Both the position numbers and the translations under genes were made by a program. The notes under the pieces were generated by a model that was not told the DNA's origin, searched no databases, and saw nothing but the letters and a program-made list of their open reading frames with translations. A DNA stretch of 64,000 bases from Steroidobacteraceae bacterium (GTDB taxonomy: Bacteria; Pseudomonadota; Gammaproteobacteria; Steroidobacterales; Steroidobacteraceae): assembly GCA_035548495.1 (NCBI GenBank), contig DASZSV010000084.1, forward strand, positions 21,680 through 85,679, read 5' to 3'. Below, in pieces: positions 49,589-60,557 of the stretch. The first letter of the stretch is position 1, and each line of letters begins with the position of its first letter.

Positions 49589-50380
49589 TCAGCGAATACG
49601 TGTGCCGATGCGGCTGAACTTGGGCATGTGCAGCCAGGGAATGTAGTTGAACCAGATCAACTGTGCGCGTCCCACCAGGTTTTCATCCGGCACATAGCCC
49701 ACATCACCAAATCGCCCATCTTCACTGTTATCGCGGTTGTCGCCCATGAACAGGTAATGGCCTGCCGGCACAATGCCGTCGAAGTCCTTCGGCCAGCGGC
49801 CACGCTGGAACATCACCAGATGTCTGACAGTGCCGAGATCCTCGGTGGCAATGGGTTCGTTGGAATAACGTTCGTCGCTGTAGCTACCTGCTGGTGTTTG
49901 TGTCATCTGTTTGCCGTTGATGAACACCTGGTCATTGATTACCTGCACGTGATCGCCCGGCAGACCGATCAGACGCTTGATGTAATTGGTCGACGGATCA
50001 CGCGGAAGACGGAACACAATGACATCGCCGCGTTGCGGTTTGCCAGTGTCGATGATGGTGCGGTTGATGATCGGCAGACGGATGCCGTAGGAATACTTGC
50101 TGACAAAAATGAAATCGCCGGATTGCAGTCCCGGCATCATGGAATCGGAAGGAATGCGGAACGGCTCGAACAGGAAGGAACGCAGCAGAAAAACAATCAG
50201 CAATACGGGAAAGAACGAACGCGCATATTCAACGACAAGAGGCTCCTGCACCGCCTCACCATTGGTCTTGAGCGCCTGCTGCCGCATCCGCTGCGGTTTG
50301 AAGAACAGACTGTCCACCAGCCAGATGATGCCGCTGAGCACGGACAGAACCAGCAACCAAAATGAAAAATCAAGAATCAT
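49589..50380 (-). CDS. lepB: signal peptidase I
   Basis: Boxes IPSDSMMPGL, GDVIVF, YIKRLIGLPGD, GDNRDNSEDGR. Confidence 0.9.
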   Translation of the reverse strand: MILDFSFWLLVLSVLSGIIWLVDSLFFKPQRMRQQALKTNGEAVQEPLVVEYARSFFPVLLIVFLLRSFLFEPFRIPSDSMMPGLQSGDFIFVSKYSYGIRLPIINRTIIDTGKPQRGDVIVFRLPRDPSTNYIKRLIGLPGDHVQVINDQVFINGKQMTQTPAGSYSDERYSNEPIATEDLGTVRHLVMFQRGRWPKDFDGIVPAGHYLFMGDNRDNSEDGRFGDVGYVPDENLVGRAQLIWFNYIPWLHMPKFSRIGTRIR

Positions 50381-50412
50381 TGTTCATTCCTTCATACAGC
50401 GATCAATCGCCT

Positions 50413-52212
50413 TCAGTTTTTGTCTCTGCCAATCTGCAACACCGCAAGAAATGCTTCCTGTGGAATTTCCACCGAACCCACCTGCTTCATGCGCTTCTTG
50501 CCTTCTTTCTGCTTTTCCAGCAACTTGCGCTTGCGTGAAACGTCACCGCCATAACACTTGGCGATCACGTTTTTGCGCAAGGCCTTCACTGTAGCACGCG
50601 CCACAACATGCGCCCCGATGGCCGCCTGCACGGCCACTTCAAACATCTGGCGCGGAATCAATTCCTGCATCTTGTCAACCAGTTCGCGGCCACGTTGATA
50701 AGCTGCATCGCGATGCACGATGATGGACAATGCATCCACCTTGTCACCATTGATCAGGATATCCAGTTTCACCAGCGGCGCCGATTCAAAATGGCTGAAT
50801 TCATAATCGAACGATGCGTAACCGCGACTGACGGACTTCAGGCGATCAAAGAAATCCAGCACCACATCGGCCATGGGCAACTCATACTGCAATGACACCT
50901 GATTGCCCAAGTACAGCATTTTTTTCTGACGGCCGCGCTTGTCATTGCAAAGTTTTAACACTGCACCCACGTGTTCCGGCGGTACCAGAATGTTGGCGGT
51001 GATGATGGGTTCGCGCAGATCGGCAATTTCGTTGCTCGGCGGCAGTTTGGCGGGGTTATCCACATTGATCACATCGCCATTGGTCAGCTCGATTTCATAC
51101 ACCACGGTCGGCGCACTGGTCACCAGATCAAGATTGTATTCACGCTCCAGACGTTCCTGCACGATGTCCATGTGCAACAAGCCGAGAAATCCGCAACGAA
51201 AGCCGAAACCGAGTGCAGTGGATACTTCCGGTTCGTAATGCAATGCCGAATCATTGAGTTTCAGTTTGGCCAGCGCATCGCGAAAGGCTTCATAGTCATC
51301 AGACCGCACCGTAAACAATCCGGCAAACACGCGTGGCTGAATCTGTTTGAATCCGGCCAGCGGCTGTGTGCAGGGACGTGAATCCAGAGTGATGGTGTCA
51401 CCCACGGGTGCGCCATTAATCTCCTTGATACCGGCAATGACAAAACCCACTTCACCGGTTGCAAGTTCATTGCTTGCCACCGACTTGGGAGTGAAGCGCC
51501 CCAGCTTATCCACCTGATGCCAGCGTCCGGTTGACCACACGCGAATCTTGTCACCCACTTTCAGCGCGCCATTCATCACGCGCACCAGCGACACCACCCC
51601 CACGTAGTTGTCGAACCACGAATCAATGATCAACGCTTGCAATGGCGCGTCGGGATCGCCCTTGGGCGGCGGAATGCGCTTGATCAACGCTTCCAGCAAA
51701 TCGGGTACACCTTCGCCGGTTTTGGCACTGACACGCACGGCATCTTCGGCTTCAATACCGATGATTTCCTCGATTTCCTTGATGACCCGCGCCGGATCCG
51801 CCGATGGCAGGTCGATCTTGTTGATTACCGGCACTACTTCCAGCCCCTGTTCAAGTGCGGTGTAGCAATTGGCAACGCTTTGTGCTTCCACACCCTGTGC
51901 CGCATCCACCACCAGCAACGCGCCATCACAGGCTGCCAGAGAACGCGATACTTCGTAGGAAAAATCCACATGTCCCGGCGTATCGATCATGTTGAGCTGG
52001 TACACCTGTCCATCCGGCGCGCGATACTTGAGCGTCACACTCTGTGCCTTGATGGTAATGCCGCGCTCACGTTCCAGATCCATTGAATCGAGCACTTGGT
52101 TTTCCATTTCACGCTCGTCCAGCCCGCCGCACAATTGAATGAAGCGATCCGCCAACGTGGATTTGCCATGATCAACGTGGGCAATAATTGAGAAATTTCG
52201 GATCAGCTTCAT
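50413..52212 (-). CDS. lepA: translation elongation factor 4
   Basis: 599 aa; [29 protein letters not shown]; LepA C-terminal domain. Confidence 0.95.
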   Translation of the reverse strand: MKLIRNFSIIAHVDHGKSTLADRFIQLCGGLDEREMENQVLDSMDLERERGITIKAQSVTLKYRAPDGQVYQLNMIDTPGHVDFSYEVSRSLAACDGALLVVDAAQGVEAQSVANCYTALEQGLEVVPVINKIDLPSADPARVIKEIEEIIGIEAEDAVRVSAKTGEGVPDLLEALIKRIPPPKGDPDAPLQALIIDSWFDNYVGVVSLVRVMNGALKVGDKIRVWSTGRWHQVDKLGRFTPKSVASNELATGEVGFVIAGIKEINGAPVGDTITLDSRPCTQPLAGFKQIQPRVFAGLFTVRSDDYEAFRDALAKLKLNDSALHYEPEVSTALGFGFRCGFLGLLHMDIVQERLEREYNLDLVTSAPTVVYEIELTNGDVINVDNPAKLPPSNEIADLREPIITANILVPPEHVGAVLKLCNDKRGRQKKMLYLGNQVSLQYELPMADVVLDFFDRLKSVSRGYASFDYEFSHFESAPLVKLDILINGDKVDALSIIVHRDAAYQRGRELVDKMQELIPRQMFEVAVQAAIGAHVVARATVKALRKNVIAKCYGGDVSRKRKLLEKQKEGKKRMKQVGSVEIPQEAFLAVLQIGRDKN

Positions 52213-52340
52213 CGGGATGGGATCAATTCCGGGGTCAAAGGCCGCGAATTATAGCGGGCTGCGGCGGCCAATGAGAAAATCTTGGCCCTTGATTGAGGTT
52301 TCAGCGCTGAATAAGGGGCGACAAGGTCATCCTGCCCACT

Positions 52341-52580
52341 TCACAGATACATGCGCACCCTTTGGTGATCGAGTTTGTAGGTGCAGACGCATTCGCCATC
52401 AATCAACAACACCGGAATGCGGGAGCCGTACTTACGTTGCAGGTCGGCATCTTCGCTGATATCCAGCACCTGAATCCCGGCAGCGCGCGCGCCCAGCAAT
52501 TGATGCAGTTCCAGCAACATGGTGTCACACAAACTGCAGTCAGCGCGCGACAGCACCTGCCACTGATGCGATTCATTCAT
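52341..52580 (-). CDS. glutaredoxin-like protein (DUF836 type)
   Basis: 79 aa; CSLC redox motif, IPVLLIDGE. Confidence 0.7.
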   Translation of the reverse strand: MNESHQWQVLSRADCSLCDTMLLELHQLLGARAAGIQVLDISEDADLQRKYGSRIPVLLIDGECVCTYKLDHQRVRMYL

Positions 52581-52603
52581 GGTGAAAAAAGCAGCGCAAT
52601 GAG

Positions 52604-53620
52604 TTATTTCACGGCCGCGCTGGCAGACGCCGAAATACTGAATTGCCCCGGCGCGCGAGTCAGTGAACCAACGATGGTTTTGACAGTGAGTGGCGGCACT
52701 TCGCCTACGGCAGTGACCTGATATCCTGAATTGTCGGTATGGAATGCGAACACCGACCCCACTCGTTGCAAACCAGACCCCTGGTCTTCCGTACCGCTGG
52801 CAGGTTCAATAAACACTGATACGGTAGCCAACCCGTCGGAATAGACCATGTGCCGTACCGGCGCCTTGGACCCCGGCATGGACTGCAATCGGGTGACTTT
52901 CAGCCTGAATCCCGGCGGCAGATTGTTGACCCGCCAGCCAATAGATTCCGGCGAAATAAAATGCCGCCGGACTTTCTCGCGCAGCAATGTAAATCCTGAG
53001 GTATCAATCCTGCTGCGTAAATCGCTGTCGGGAATGGAGTCCTTCATAGTCAATTCTGCAAACACCACCTGTTCGACAATCCTGCCGTGATGATTGAACA
53101 ACTGTGATTTGAGCGGCATGGCAGTTTCGGCATCCAGCCATAGCCGGTAGCCGTACCGGAATTCATCACGCGGTTGCACCGTCAACAACACGGCCTTGCG
53201 GCCGAGAATCATGGTTTCGGCGCCGGTGCTGATGTCGTAAAAGTCTTCCAGTCCCTGCCGGTATTCGGGAATCAGCGTAATCAATCCATCATTGTCGTAA
53301 GAACGGTCTTCCACCAGCACGGTGCGAGTATCAGGCATGTAACAGGTGGTGCTGGTGTTGGTACGAATGTATTCGCGCCCACTGCCGTCCAGCGATACCA
53401 GACGTTCGGTCACCTTGCCGTTCTCATTGCGGTGAACAATCCGCAACGTTTCAGACTGCGTGTCACTGGAATGAATGAAACGGCCATCGTAGTTTCTGTC
53501 GGTCAGCGAGGTAGACATGCGCTGCAACCAGTTGCGTGCGTCACCCTCGGCATGAACGAGGCCGGCCACCAGCAGGGTAGCAACGCCGATCAACCACTTG
53601 GATGTCGCAGTATGGTTCAT
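52604..53620 (-). CDS. rseB: sigma-E regulatory protein RseB/MucB
   Basis: 338 aa with signal peptide; ATGA coupled to the rseA stop; position and length typical. Confidence 0.85.
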   Translation of the reverse strand: MNHTATSKWLIGVATLLVAGLVHAEGDARNWLQRMSTSLTDRNYDGRFIHSSDTQSETLRIVHRNENGKVTERLVSLDGSGREYIRTNTSTTCYMPDTRTVLVEDRSYDNDGLITLIPEYRQGLEDFYDISTGAETMILGRKAVLLTVQPRDEFRYGYRLWLDAETAMPLKSQLFNHHGRIVEQVVFAELTMKDSIPDSDLRSRIDTSGFTLLREKVRRHFISPESIGWRVNNLPPGFRLKVTRLQSMPGSKAPVRHMVYSDGLATVSVFIEPASGTEDQGSGLQRVGSVFAFHTDNSGYQVTAVGEVPPLTVKTIVGSLTRAPGQFSISASASAAVK

Positions 53621-54240
53621 TGTGAGGCGCCGGAATCTTCCACGTTTTCGACGGTCTCTTCACTCTTCTGATCGCTCGTCACCAGTCCGGTGAGCATGTT
53701 GCGACGTCCCAGCGGCGAGGTGAACTCGCTATGGGCTACCACATAGTTGGTCAGCCGCGTCGCAGAAATCGGCGCGCTTGGCGTGGTGGTTGCCACGGGA
53801 ACAACATAACTGTTGTCGCGGGATGCCGGTTCGTTGGTGGAATTGCTGGTAACCGCCAATTGCGCAGCAGGTACAACGCCATTCGCACTTTGCAAATGAC
53901 TTACTGAGAGCACCGAGACGGCGGCAACACTGGCGGCCAGTGTCATGCCGATCGCGGGCTTCACCCAGCTACGCACCGGTCTAACTGCTGTCACTTCGCC
54001 TGTGCGTGCCACCTTGTCCTGCTCAATGGCTGCTGCCACGCGCGTCGAGAAATCACGCGACACCCGTGCCTGAGAGGGCGCACGCAACGCTTCGCCAATC
54101 AACAGGTAACGGCTCAAGGCGTGCTGCAAATCAGTATCACGGGACAAACGCCGCGCCAGCAATTCGGTTTCATCTTGCGGCAATTCGTTGTCCACAAAGG
54201 CGGACAATTGCGATTGCACGGTATCGGTTGGTTCGGACAT
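53617..54240 (-). CDS. rseA: anti-sigma-E factor RseA/MucA
   Basis: N-terminal LSAFVDNEL motif, central TM; track start 54264 is TTG, ATG 54240 chosen. Confidence 0.75.
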   Translation of the reverse strand: MSEPTDTVQSQLSAFVDNELPQDETELLARRLSRDTDLQHALSRYLLIGEALRAPSQARVSRDFSTRVAAAIEQDKVARTGEVTAVRPVRSWVKPAIGMTLAASVAAVSVLSVSHLQSANGVVPAAQLAVTSNSTNEPASRDNSYVVPVATTTPSAPISATRLTNYVVAHSEFTSPLGRRNMLTGLVTSDQKSEETVENVEDSGASQ

Positions 54241-54366
54241 GGATTCTTTACTCACCACATTCAATCATCAATTACACAAACTGCACATACAAACCGCAAC
54301 AAGCGCGTTGTCTGTACTCCATAAAAAACCGCTCCCCAAAATCATCATCTGCATCAGTCACGACAA

Positions 54367-54963
54367 TCACTGGTCCAGCAACGGCCGCAATTTGTTGTCG
54401 ATAGCTTCTCGAGCCCGGAAGATGCGCGAACGCACCGTTCCCACCGGACATTCCATCACTTCCGCAATCTCTTCGTACGATAGTCCATCGAGCTCGCGCA
54501 ATGTGATCGCTTCACGCAGATCATGCGGCAGCGCCTTCATTGCTTCCTGAACCGTATGCCGTATTTCATCCGTCAACAACAGGCGTTCTGGTGTATCGCC
54601 ATGTTTCAGCAACACCTGCCCGGCATAGTCATCGGGATCCTGCACATCGAGGTCGTAATCGACCAGCCGTTTGCGACCCGAGACCAGCGAATTCTTGGCT
54701 GTATTGATGGCAATGCGGTACAGCCAAGTGTAAAACGCACTTTCGCCACGGAATGAAGGAAGCGCCCGATACGCCTTGATGAAGGCCTCCTGCGTTATGT
54801 CCTCTGCTTCCGCCTGATTGCGTACATAACGCATAACCAGTTTCATCACCTTATGTTGATACTTGAGCACCAGCACGTTAAACGCAGTCCGATCACCGCG
54901 TTGCACCAACTCCACCAGCTTGGTATCACTGTCCTCTACGCTCACTGTCCACCACCCGGCCAT
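54367..54963 (-). CDS. rpoE: RNA polymerase sigma-E (sigma-24, AlgU/RpoE)
   Basis: LVELVQRGDRTAFNVLVLKYQHKV parallels E. coli LVERVQKGDQKAFNLLVVRYQHKV; region 4 YEEIAEVMECPVGTVRSR; start ATG 54963 (alternative GTG 54945). Confidence 0.9.
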   Translation of the reverse strand: MAGWWTVSVEDSDTKLVELVQRGDRTAFNVLVLKYQHKVMKLVMRYVRNQAEAEDITQEAFIKAYRALPSFRGESAFYTWLYRIAINTAKNSLVSGRKRLVDYDLDVQDPDDYAGQVLLKHGDTPERLLLTDEIRHTVQEAMKALPHDLREAITLRELDGLSYEEIAEVMECPVGTVRSRIFRAREAIDNKLRPLLDQ

Positions 54964-55002
54964 ACGGCCGTGATGCAAGTGTGAATATCAATGAGCAGCG
55001 AA

Positions 55003-55029
55003 ATAGACATTACTGTGTCGGCAAAGTTC
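55003..55029 (-). promoter_or_regulatory. candidate sigma-E-dependent (autoregulated) promoter of rpoE
   Basis: Minus strand GAACTT-N16-TCTAT, about 40 nt upstream of ATG 54963; consensus GGAACTT-N15/16-TCnAA. Confidence 0.5.
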
Positions 55030-55118
55030 TGGTCTGGATGCTCTGATAGGTAAAAGTAACAAAAAATCCGTGGGCGGTTCGCATTATTGAACACAAGTCA
55101 CACGAATTCACATATTTT

Positions 55119-55589
55119 TCATCCGTCCATGGTAACGGGAGTCTGTGCTGCGGCCTGTAACTTGAGACGTGCCTGCCATCGCCGCCATTCAGCTCTGGGC
55201 AATTCGCCCGGGAAAATGATGACCTGCGCACATGATTCATCGTCACGCCAGCGCAATACCATCAGCCATGACATGACGCGCGAACGCTCTGTCAGCACCC
55301 AACCCCCGGCTGATTTACCGGAGGCAAGTTGCAACAGCCATTGTCCCGACTGCTGCCATGTCACGCGAAGCACTCGACGCGGTCCCCACCAGCCAAGATG
55401 CCTGTAACCAAGTATCAATACTGCAAGCGTCACGGCACTGACCAGCAAACACACGCCGACCGGCCAGTACGGAAGCAACCACGGAATCGCACCACACATG
55501 ACACACTGCGCAATGAACACCATTGCGCGCTGCCATGACCAGCGCGGTTCAAACACGAGAACGGGCGAGTTGCTGAATGATGTCGGCAA
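55119..55589 (-). CDS. ygfX: YgfX/CptA-like inner-membrane protein
   Basis: FEPRWSWQRAMVFIAQ + two TM + ...AEWRRWQARL resembles E. coli YgfX (SDLRVSWRAQW...EAEWRDLRRIL); follows sdhE; start unclear (TTG 55589 or GTG 55556, both overlap the sdhE 3' end). Confidence 0.55.
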   Translation of the reverse strand: MPTSFSNSPVLVFEPRWSWQRAMVFIAQCVMCGAIPWLLPYWPVGVCLLVSAVTLAVLILGYRHLGWWGPRRVLRVTWQQSGQWLLQLASGKSAGGWVLTERSRVMSWLMVLRWRDDESCAQVIIFPGELPRAEWRRWQARLKLQAAAQTPVTMDG

Positions 55590-55818
55590 TGGCCGGGTCC
55601 TTGGGCTGCACCGCCCCGGTCAGATAAGACAGAATGACGGGATCCTGCAATTCCAGCAATGATACAAATGCCTGTTGCCGGCTGGCACTTGATGCAAGGA
55701 AATGAAGGTCAAAGTAATTCATCAGAATCACGTCCAGTTCGCGCAGGCCGCGACGACACCGCCAGCGCAACTGCGCCAGATACGCTTCTTGTTGTTGTGC
55801 CTTGGTCATCGAACCCAT
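55549..55818 (-). CDS. sdhE: FAD assembly factor SdhE (SDHAF2/YgfY family)
   Basis: 89 aa; RCRRGLRELD motif characteristic of DUF339. Confidence 0.85.
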   Translation of the reverse strand: MGSMTKAQQQEAYLAQLRWRCRRGLRELDVILMNYFDLHFLASSASRQQAFVSLLELQDPVILSYLTGAVQPKDPAIADIIQQLARSRV

Positions 55819-55836
55819 AATGCATGTCTACATGTT

Positions 55837-56622
55837 TCAATGCTGTCGTTCTGCGATCATTTTCTTGATTTCTGCAATCGCGCGCGCCGGATTGAGGTCC
55901 TTGGGACACGCTTCCGTACAATTCATGATGGTGTGGCAACGATACAAACGGAATGGGTCTTCAAGATTGTCCAGCCGCTCACCGGTGGCTTCATCGCGGG
56001 TATCAATGATCCAGCGATATGCGGCGAGCAATGCAGCGGGTCCGAGATAGCGATCACTGTTCCACCAGTAGCTCGGACAAGATGTGGAGCAGCATGCACA
56101 CAGAATGCACGCGGACGGCCGGTCAATTTTTTCCTGTTCTTCCTTTGATTGCAGACGTTCCGAATCCGGCGGCGCAGGCGTGCGCGTCTGCAACCAGGGT
56201 TTTATCGATGCATATTGCGCGTAGAAGTTGGTGAGGTCCGGCACCAGATCCTTAACCACCGGCATGTGCGGCAGGGGATATATCTTTACGGCTCCCTTGA
56301 TATCAGCGCTGGCCTTGATGCACGCCAGTGTGTTGACGCCGTCGATATTCATCGCACATGAACCGCAAATGCCTTCACGACAGGAACGGCGGAAGGTCAG
56401 CGTGGGATCAATTTCATTTTTGATCTTGATCAGGGCATCCAGCACCATGGGGCCGCAGCGTGCCATGTCCACTTCATAGGTATCGATGCGCGGTTTGTCA
56501 CGTGATTCAGGATCAAAACGGTAGATACGGAAGGTACGCACGTTCTTCGCATCTGCGGGCGCTTTGTAAACCTTGCCGTCTGAATTGATTTGCGAGTTTT
56601 GTGGTAAGCGGAACTGCGCCAT
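55837..56622 (-). CDS. sdhB: succinate dehydrogenase iron-sulfur subunit
   Basis: 2Fe-2[10 protein letters not shown]; 4Fe-4[13 protein letters not shown]; 3Fe-4[13 protein letters not shown]. Confidence 0.95.
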   Translation of the reverse strand: MAQFRLPQNSQINSDGKVYKAPADAKNVRTFRIYRFDPESRDKPRIDTYEVDMARCGPMVLDALIKIKNEIDPTLTFRRSCREGICGSCAMNIDGVNTLACIKASADIKGAVKIYPLPHMPVVKDLVPDLTNFYAQYASIKPWLQTRTPAPPDSERLQSKEEQEKIDRPSACILCACCSTSCPSYWWNSDRYLGPAALLAAYRWIIDTRDEATGERLDNLEDPFRLYRCHTIMNCTEACPKDLNPARAIAEIKKMIAERQH

Positions 56623-56664
56623 TGAAGTTGCCTTGTTGGGTGCTCTACTTCGTCATCAGTTGAA

Positions 56665-58449
56665 TCAGTAAGTACGTGCCTTGGGTGGAATCACTTCCAC
56701 ATCACCGGTCAACGTATACATGTGTACCGGACGGGTATCAATGTTCACCTGTCCTTTGTCGTTGACCCACGAGAGCGTGTGTTTCATCCAGTTCTGATCG
56801 TCACGTTGCGGAAAGTCTTCGCGCGCATGCGCACCACGGCTCTCGGTACGATTAAGCGCGGAATTAATCGTCGCTGCCGCCTGGCCCAGCAAATTATCCA
56901 GTTCAAATGTTTCGACCAGATCGGTGTTCCACACCAGGCCGCGATCACTGACACTGACATCATCAAAGGAACGGATGACGTTATTCAACTTATCCACGCC
57001 TTCCCGCAGCGATTCACCGGTGCGGAACACGGCAGCATGATGCTGCATCACGCGCTGCATGTTGAGACGCACTTCAGCGGTCTTCATTGAACCCTTGGCA
57101 TTGCGGTAACGATCAATGCGGCTGACTGCAAAGTCACCGGCATCAGCGGCAAAGGGCTTGTGACGAGTGCCGGGTTTGACAATCTCCGCACAATGACGCG
57201 CCGCTTCACGGCCAAAAATCACCAGATCAAGCAGCGAGTTCGATCCCAGCCGGTTGGCACCATGCACCGATACACATGCAGCCTCGCCCACTGCCATCAG
57301 GCCCGGCACCACGGCATCGGGATTGCCATCGCGCAATGTCACCACTTCGCCATGAATGTTGGTGGGAATGCCGCCCATGTTGTAATGCACAGTGGGCAAC
57401 ACGGGAATGGGTTCTTTGGTGACATCCACACCGGCGAAAATCTTCGCTGTCTCGGAAATGCCCGGCAGCCGTTCATGCAGCACATCCTTGCCGAGATGTT
57501 CGAGATGCAGGTAGATGTGATCCTTGTGCGGGCCGACACCGCGGCCTTCGCGTATTTCAATAGTCATTGCGCGACTGACCACATCGCGCGAGGCCAGATT
57601 CTTTGCATTGGGTGCATATCGTTCCATGAATGCCTCACCTTCTGAATTGCGCAGGATGCCGCCTTCACCGCGTGCGCCTTCGGTAATCAGGCAACCAGAA
57701 CCATAGATACCTGTGGGATGAAACTGCACGAATTCCATATCCTGCAACGGCAATCCGGCACGCAACACCATGCCACCGCCATCGCCCGTGCAGGTATGCG
57801 CAGAAGTGCAGGAAAAATAGGCGCGTCCATAACCGCCGGTTGCCAGCACCACCATGTGCGCACGGAAACGATGAATCGTGCCTTCCGCCATGTCGATGGC
57901 GACAACGCCACGGCATTCACCATTTTCCATGATCAAATCAACGGCAAAGTATTCAACAAAGAATTGAGCCTGATGCTTGAGTGCCTGCTGATACAGGGTA
58001 TGCAGCATCGCATGACCGGTACGATCCGCAGCCGCGCAGGTTCGATGCGCAGTACCTTTGCCGAAATGAGTGGTCATGCCACCGAAAGGACGTTGATAGA
58101 TTTTCCCGGCGTCAGTGCGTGAAAACGGCAGTCCGTAGTGTTCAAGCTCAAGAATGGCAGCAGGCGCTTCCTTGCACATGAATTCAATGGCGTCCTGATC
58201 GCCGAGCCAGTCCGATCCCTTGACAGTGTCGTACATGTGCCAGCGCCAGTCATCTTCGCCCATATTGCCAAGCGCTGCGGAAATACCGCCCTGCGCAGCA
58301 ACAGTGTGACTGCGGGTGGGAAATACCTTGGTAATCGAAGCGACTGACAGACCGGAATTGGCAAGGCCGAAAGTGGCGCGCAGCCCTGCACCACCAGCGC
58401 CAACGACTACGACGTCGTAACTGTGATCCACAAATTGATATGCGCTCAT
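56665..58449 (-). CDS. sdhA: succinate dehydrogenase flavoprotein subunit
   Basis: [13 protein letters not shown], covalent-FAD His context [24 protein letters not shown]. Confidence 0.95.
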   Translation of the reverse strand: MSAYQFVDHSYDVVVVGAGGAGLRATFGLANSGLSVASITKVFPTRSHTVAAQGGISAALGNMGEDDWRWHMYDTVKGSDWLGDQDAIEFMCKEAPAAILELEHYGLPFSRTDAGKIYQRPFGGMTTHFGKGTAHRTCAAADRTGHAMLHTLYQQALKHQAQFFVEYFAVDLIMENGECRGVVAIDMAEGTIHRFRAHMVVLATGGYGRAYFSCTSAHTCTGDGGGMVLRAGLPLQDMEFVQFHPTGIYGSGCLITEGARGEGGILRNSEGEAFMERYAPNAKNLASRDVVSRAMTIEIREGRGVGPHKDHIYLHLEHLGKDVLHERLPGISETAKIFAGVDVTKEPIPVLPTVHYNMGGIPTNIHGEVVTLRDGNPDAVVPGLMAVGEAACVSVHGANRLGSNSLLDLVIFGREAARHCAEIVKPGTRHKPFAADAGDFAVSRIDRYRNAKGSMKTAEVRLNMQRVMQHHAAVFRTGESLREGVDKLNNVIRSFDDVSVSDRGLVWNTDLVETFELDNLLGQAAATINSALNRTESRGAHAREDFPQRDDQNWMKHTLSWVNDKGQVNIDTRPVHMYTLTGDVEVIPPKARTY

Positions 58450-58862
58450 CCGCCCATTCCCAATTGAACTCGTATGGCCGGCGCGGTAGTCAATGCGATG
58501 CGCAGAATGGCAAACACACCCAACACCGCCAGCAACAACAATGCAAAGTTGATGACCAGCAACATGATCACGCGCGTGCCTTTGTGAGCAACATAGTCTT
58601 CAACCACCACCTGCAGACCAAGCTGTGCATGGTAGGCGATTGCCACCACCAGCAAACCGAGCAATACCGAATGCACCGGAGCTGCAATCCACGACGTTAC
58701 CGCCGCATAACCGGCATCACCCAGACTGATCAATGACAGCAACAGCCACGGACCCAGTAACAGCAATGCAACTGCACTGATCCGCTGTGACCACCAATGA
58801 CCTGCGCCGTCTTTCGCAGTACCAAGCCCAATCACCCTGGCCAGCGGACTTTGCAGACTCAT
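58446..58862 (-). CDS. sdhD: succinate dehydrogenase membrane anchor subunit
   Basis: Start moved to [12 protein letters not shown] (ATG 58862, ATGA with sdhC stop); three TM; ATGA overlap with sdhA. Confidence 0.85.
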   Translation of the reverse strand: MSLQSPLARVIGLGTAKDGAGHWWSQRISAVALLLLGPWLLLSLISLGDAGYAAVTSWIAAPVHSVLLGLLVVAIAYHAQLGLQVVVEDYVAHKGTRVIMLLVINFALLLLAVLGVFAILRIALTTAPAIRVQLGMGG

Positions 58863-59269
58863 ACCAGACCTCCGCTGATACCAGTGGCGAGGCGCAGGCA
58901 AAGACACATCCACGTCAGCACGGTCAATACAATTGCGCTGACCAATACAATCATGCCCGTTGCTTTTGCAACGGAACGTTCAAATCCCCGCCCCATGTCC
59001 CAGCAAAGATGGCGAATGCCATTAAACAGGTGATAGTAAAAACTGAGTAACCACAGAAACAGCAGCACCTTGAACAGCGGCGTCGATAACACATCGAGTG
59101 ATGCATCGTAGGATTCTTCGCCTGCCGCTGCAGACACCAGCCAATAGACCAGCAAGATAAAACCCAATGACATGAATACACCGGATATACGGTGCAATAT
59201 GGACAAGGTGTTGGTGTACTGCCAACGATAGTGCATGAACGGTGACAGAGGCCGTTCGCGGGAAGTCAT
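58859..59269 (-). CDS. sdhC: succinate dehydrogenase cytochrome b556 subunit
   Basis: RPLSPFMHYRWQ, SILHRISG haem-ligand region; three TM. Confidence 0.85.
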   Translation of the reverse strand: MTSRERPLSPFMHYRWQYTNTLSILHRISGVFMSLGFILLVYWLVSAAAGEESYDASLDVLSTPLFKVLLFLWLLSFYYHLFNGIRHLCWDMGRGFERSVAKATGMIVLVSAIVLTVLTWMCLCLRLATGISGGLV

Positions 59270-59302
59270 GTTGAATACTCCGGTCGCATCAAATCAGTTC
59301 AC

Positions 59303-59509
59303 TCAAAAGTCGATACAACGCCCGGCCTTTTCCCAATCACCATAGCGCGTCGGCTCCGGCCCCTCTGGTCCGCCCACTTCGGGCGGCAAGGCATCTTGAG
59401 GTGACTGGCTTTGCACGCGCAACAGGGCAGCGTTGTTATTGGATGCCGCCTCTGCATCTGCAGATGGTTTCACTTCATCAACGGCGGCATGTTCAATGAC
59501 CGGGTGCAT
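59303..59509 (-). CDS. DUF1674 (SDHAF4-like) small protein
   Basis: Start moved to MHPVIEHAAV (ATG 59509); C-terminal signature GGPEGPEPTRYGDWEKAGRCIDF. Confidence 0.75.
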   Translation of the reverse strand: MHPVIEHAAVDEVKPSADAEAASNNNAALLRVQSQSPQDALPPEVGGPEGPEPTRYGDWEKAGRCIDF

Positions 59510-59681
59510 GGCCGTGTAGTGTGCCAGAAACCGCGGTGCTTGAAAACGTGCATATGAATGCGACGTGCCGGAACTCGGGCAATAGATCAATTCCAGCATC
59601 CGCACCATGCGGGAAACATCCATTCATCAAGACACCCGCACCGTTTTGCGATCACGGCCCGCAACGCATACACTGCATCAC

Positions 59682-60554
59682 ATGAAGCAACTCACACTTG
59701 CCGCCGTCGCCATTGCAGGAACAGATGCGAAAAATTTTCTGCAAGGCCAATTGAGCAACGACCTCCAGTTACTGTCTCCTCAGCGCGCGCTATTCAGCTG
59801 CTGCAACTCCGCGCAAGGGCGTGTTCAGGCCGTGCTGACGTTGATTGAGCGCAACGACTGCATCGTGGCCATTGTTCCGGACACGATGACGGATACATTT
59901 GTTGCAAGACTGCGCAAGTACGTGTTGCGCAGCAAAGTCAGCATTATGGATGCACGCACCAGCTTGCATTGTTATGCAGCCACGCACGAAGCATTGCAGG
60001 CTTTACAACTGCCGACACCTGTTTGCTGCGGCGATCATCTACAGCATGACCAGATCAGCATCCTGCGATGGTGGGATCGCGAGTCAGCACGTTATCTGGT
60101 GTTGCAATCATCTGATGCGCAAAATGGCAGCGCGGATGCAGAATGGTTGCTGGCGGATATTCGCGCCGGACTGCCGCAAGTCTTGCCGCAAACGCATGAA
60201 ACGTTTGTCGCTCAAATGCTCAATCTGGATGTATTGAATGCAATCAGCTTCAGCAAAGGTTGCTATACGGGACAGGAGATCATCGCGCGTGCGCATTATC
60301 GCGGCACAGTGAAACGCCGCATGTTCCGGCTGTCGGCCAGTTGTCCGCCGCCCGCACCCGCAACCCGTCTTCTTGCCAGAGATGACTCATCGCATGCCGG
60401 AGAGGTGGTGATGTCCGCGTCTGTGGGGAATGAATGTGAAATGCTGGCGGTGCTTAATCTGCATCAACAAGATGCGGCGCTTTGTCTGGAGACGGACGCC
60501 ACCGTATTGCTGAAGAAATTATCGTTGCCCTATCAACTGCCGGCAGCAGGCTGA
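59682..60554 (+). CDS. ygfZ: folate-binding Fe-S cluster/tRNA-modification protein YgfZ (CAF17 family)
   Basis: Start moved to MKQLTLAAVAIAG (ATG 59682); signature KGCYTGQEIIAR. Confidence 0.85.
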   Translation: MKQLTLAAVAIAGTDAKNFLQGQLSNDLQLLSPQRALFSCCNSAQGRVQAVLTLIERNDCIVAIVPDTMTDTFVARLRKYVLRSKVSIMDARTSLHCYAATHEALQALQLPTPVCCGDHLQHDQISILRWWDRESARYLVLQSSDAQNGSADAEWLLADIRAGLPQVLPQTHETFVAQMLNLDVLNAISFSKGCYTGQEIIARAHYRGTVKRRMFRLSASCPPPAPATRLLARDDSSHAGEVVMSASVGNECEMLAVLNLHQQDAALCLETDATVLLKKLSLPYQLPAAG

Positions 60555-60557
60555 ATA

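Noticed and set aside
49502-50365. 287-aa plus-strand ORF opposite lepB and DUF4845
   Set aside because: Shadow ORF. The same applies to 4049-4735, 32988-33674, 40598-41278, 7015-7623 and other long antisense ORFs in the track.
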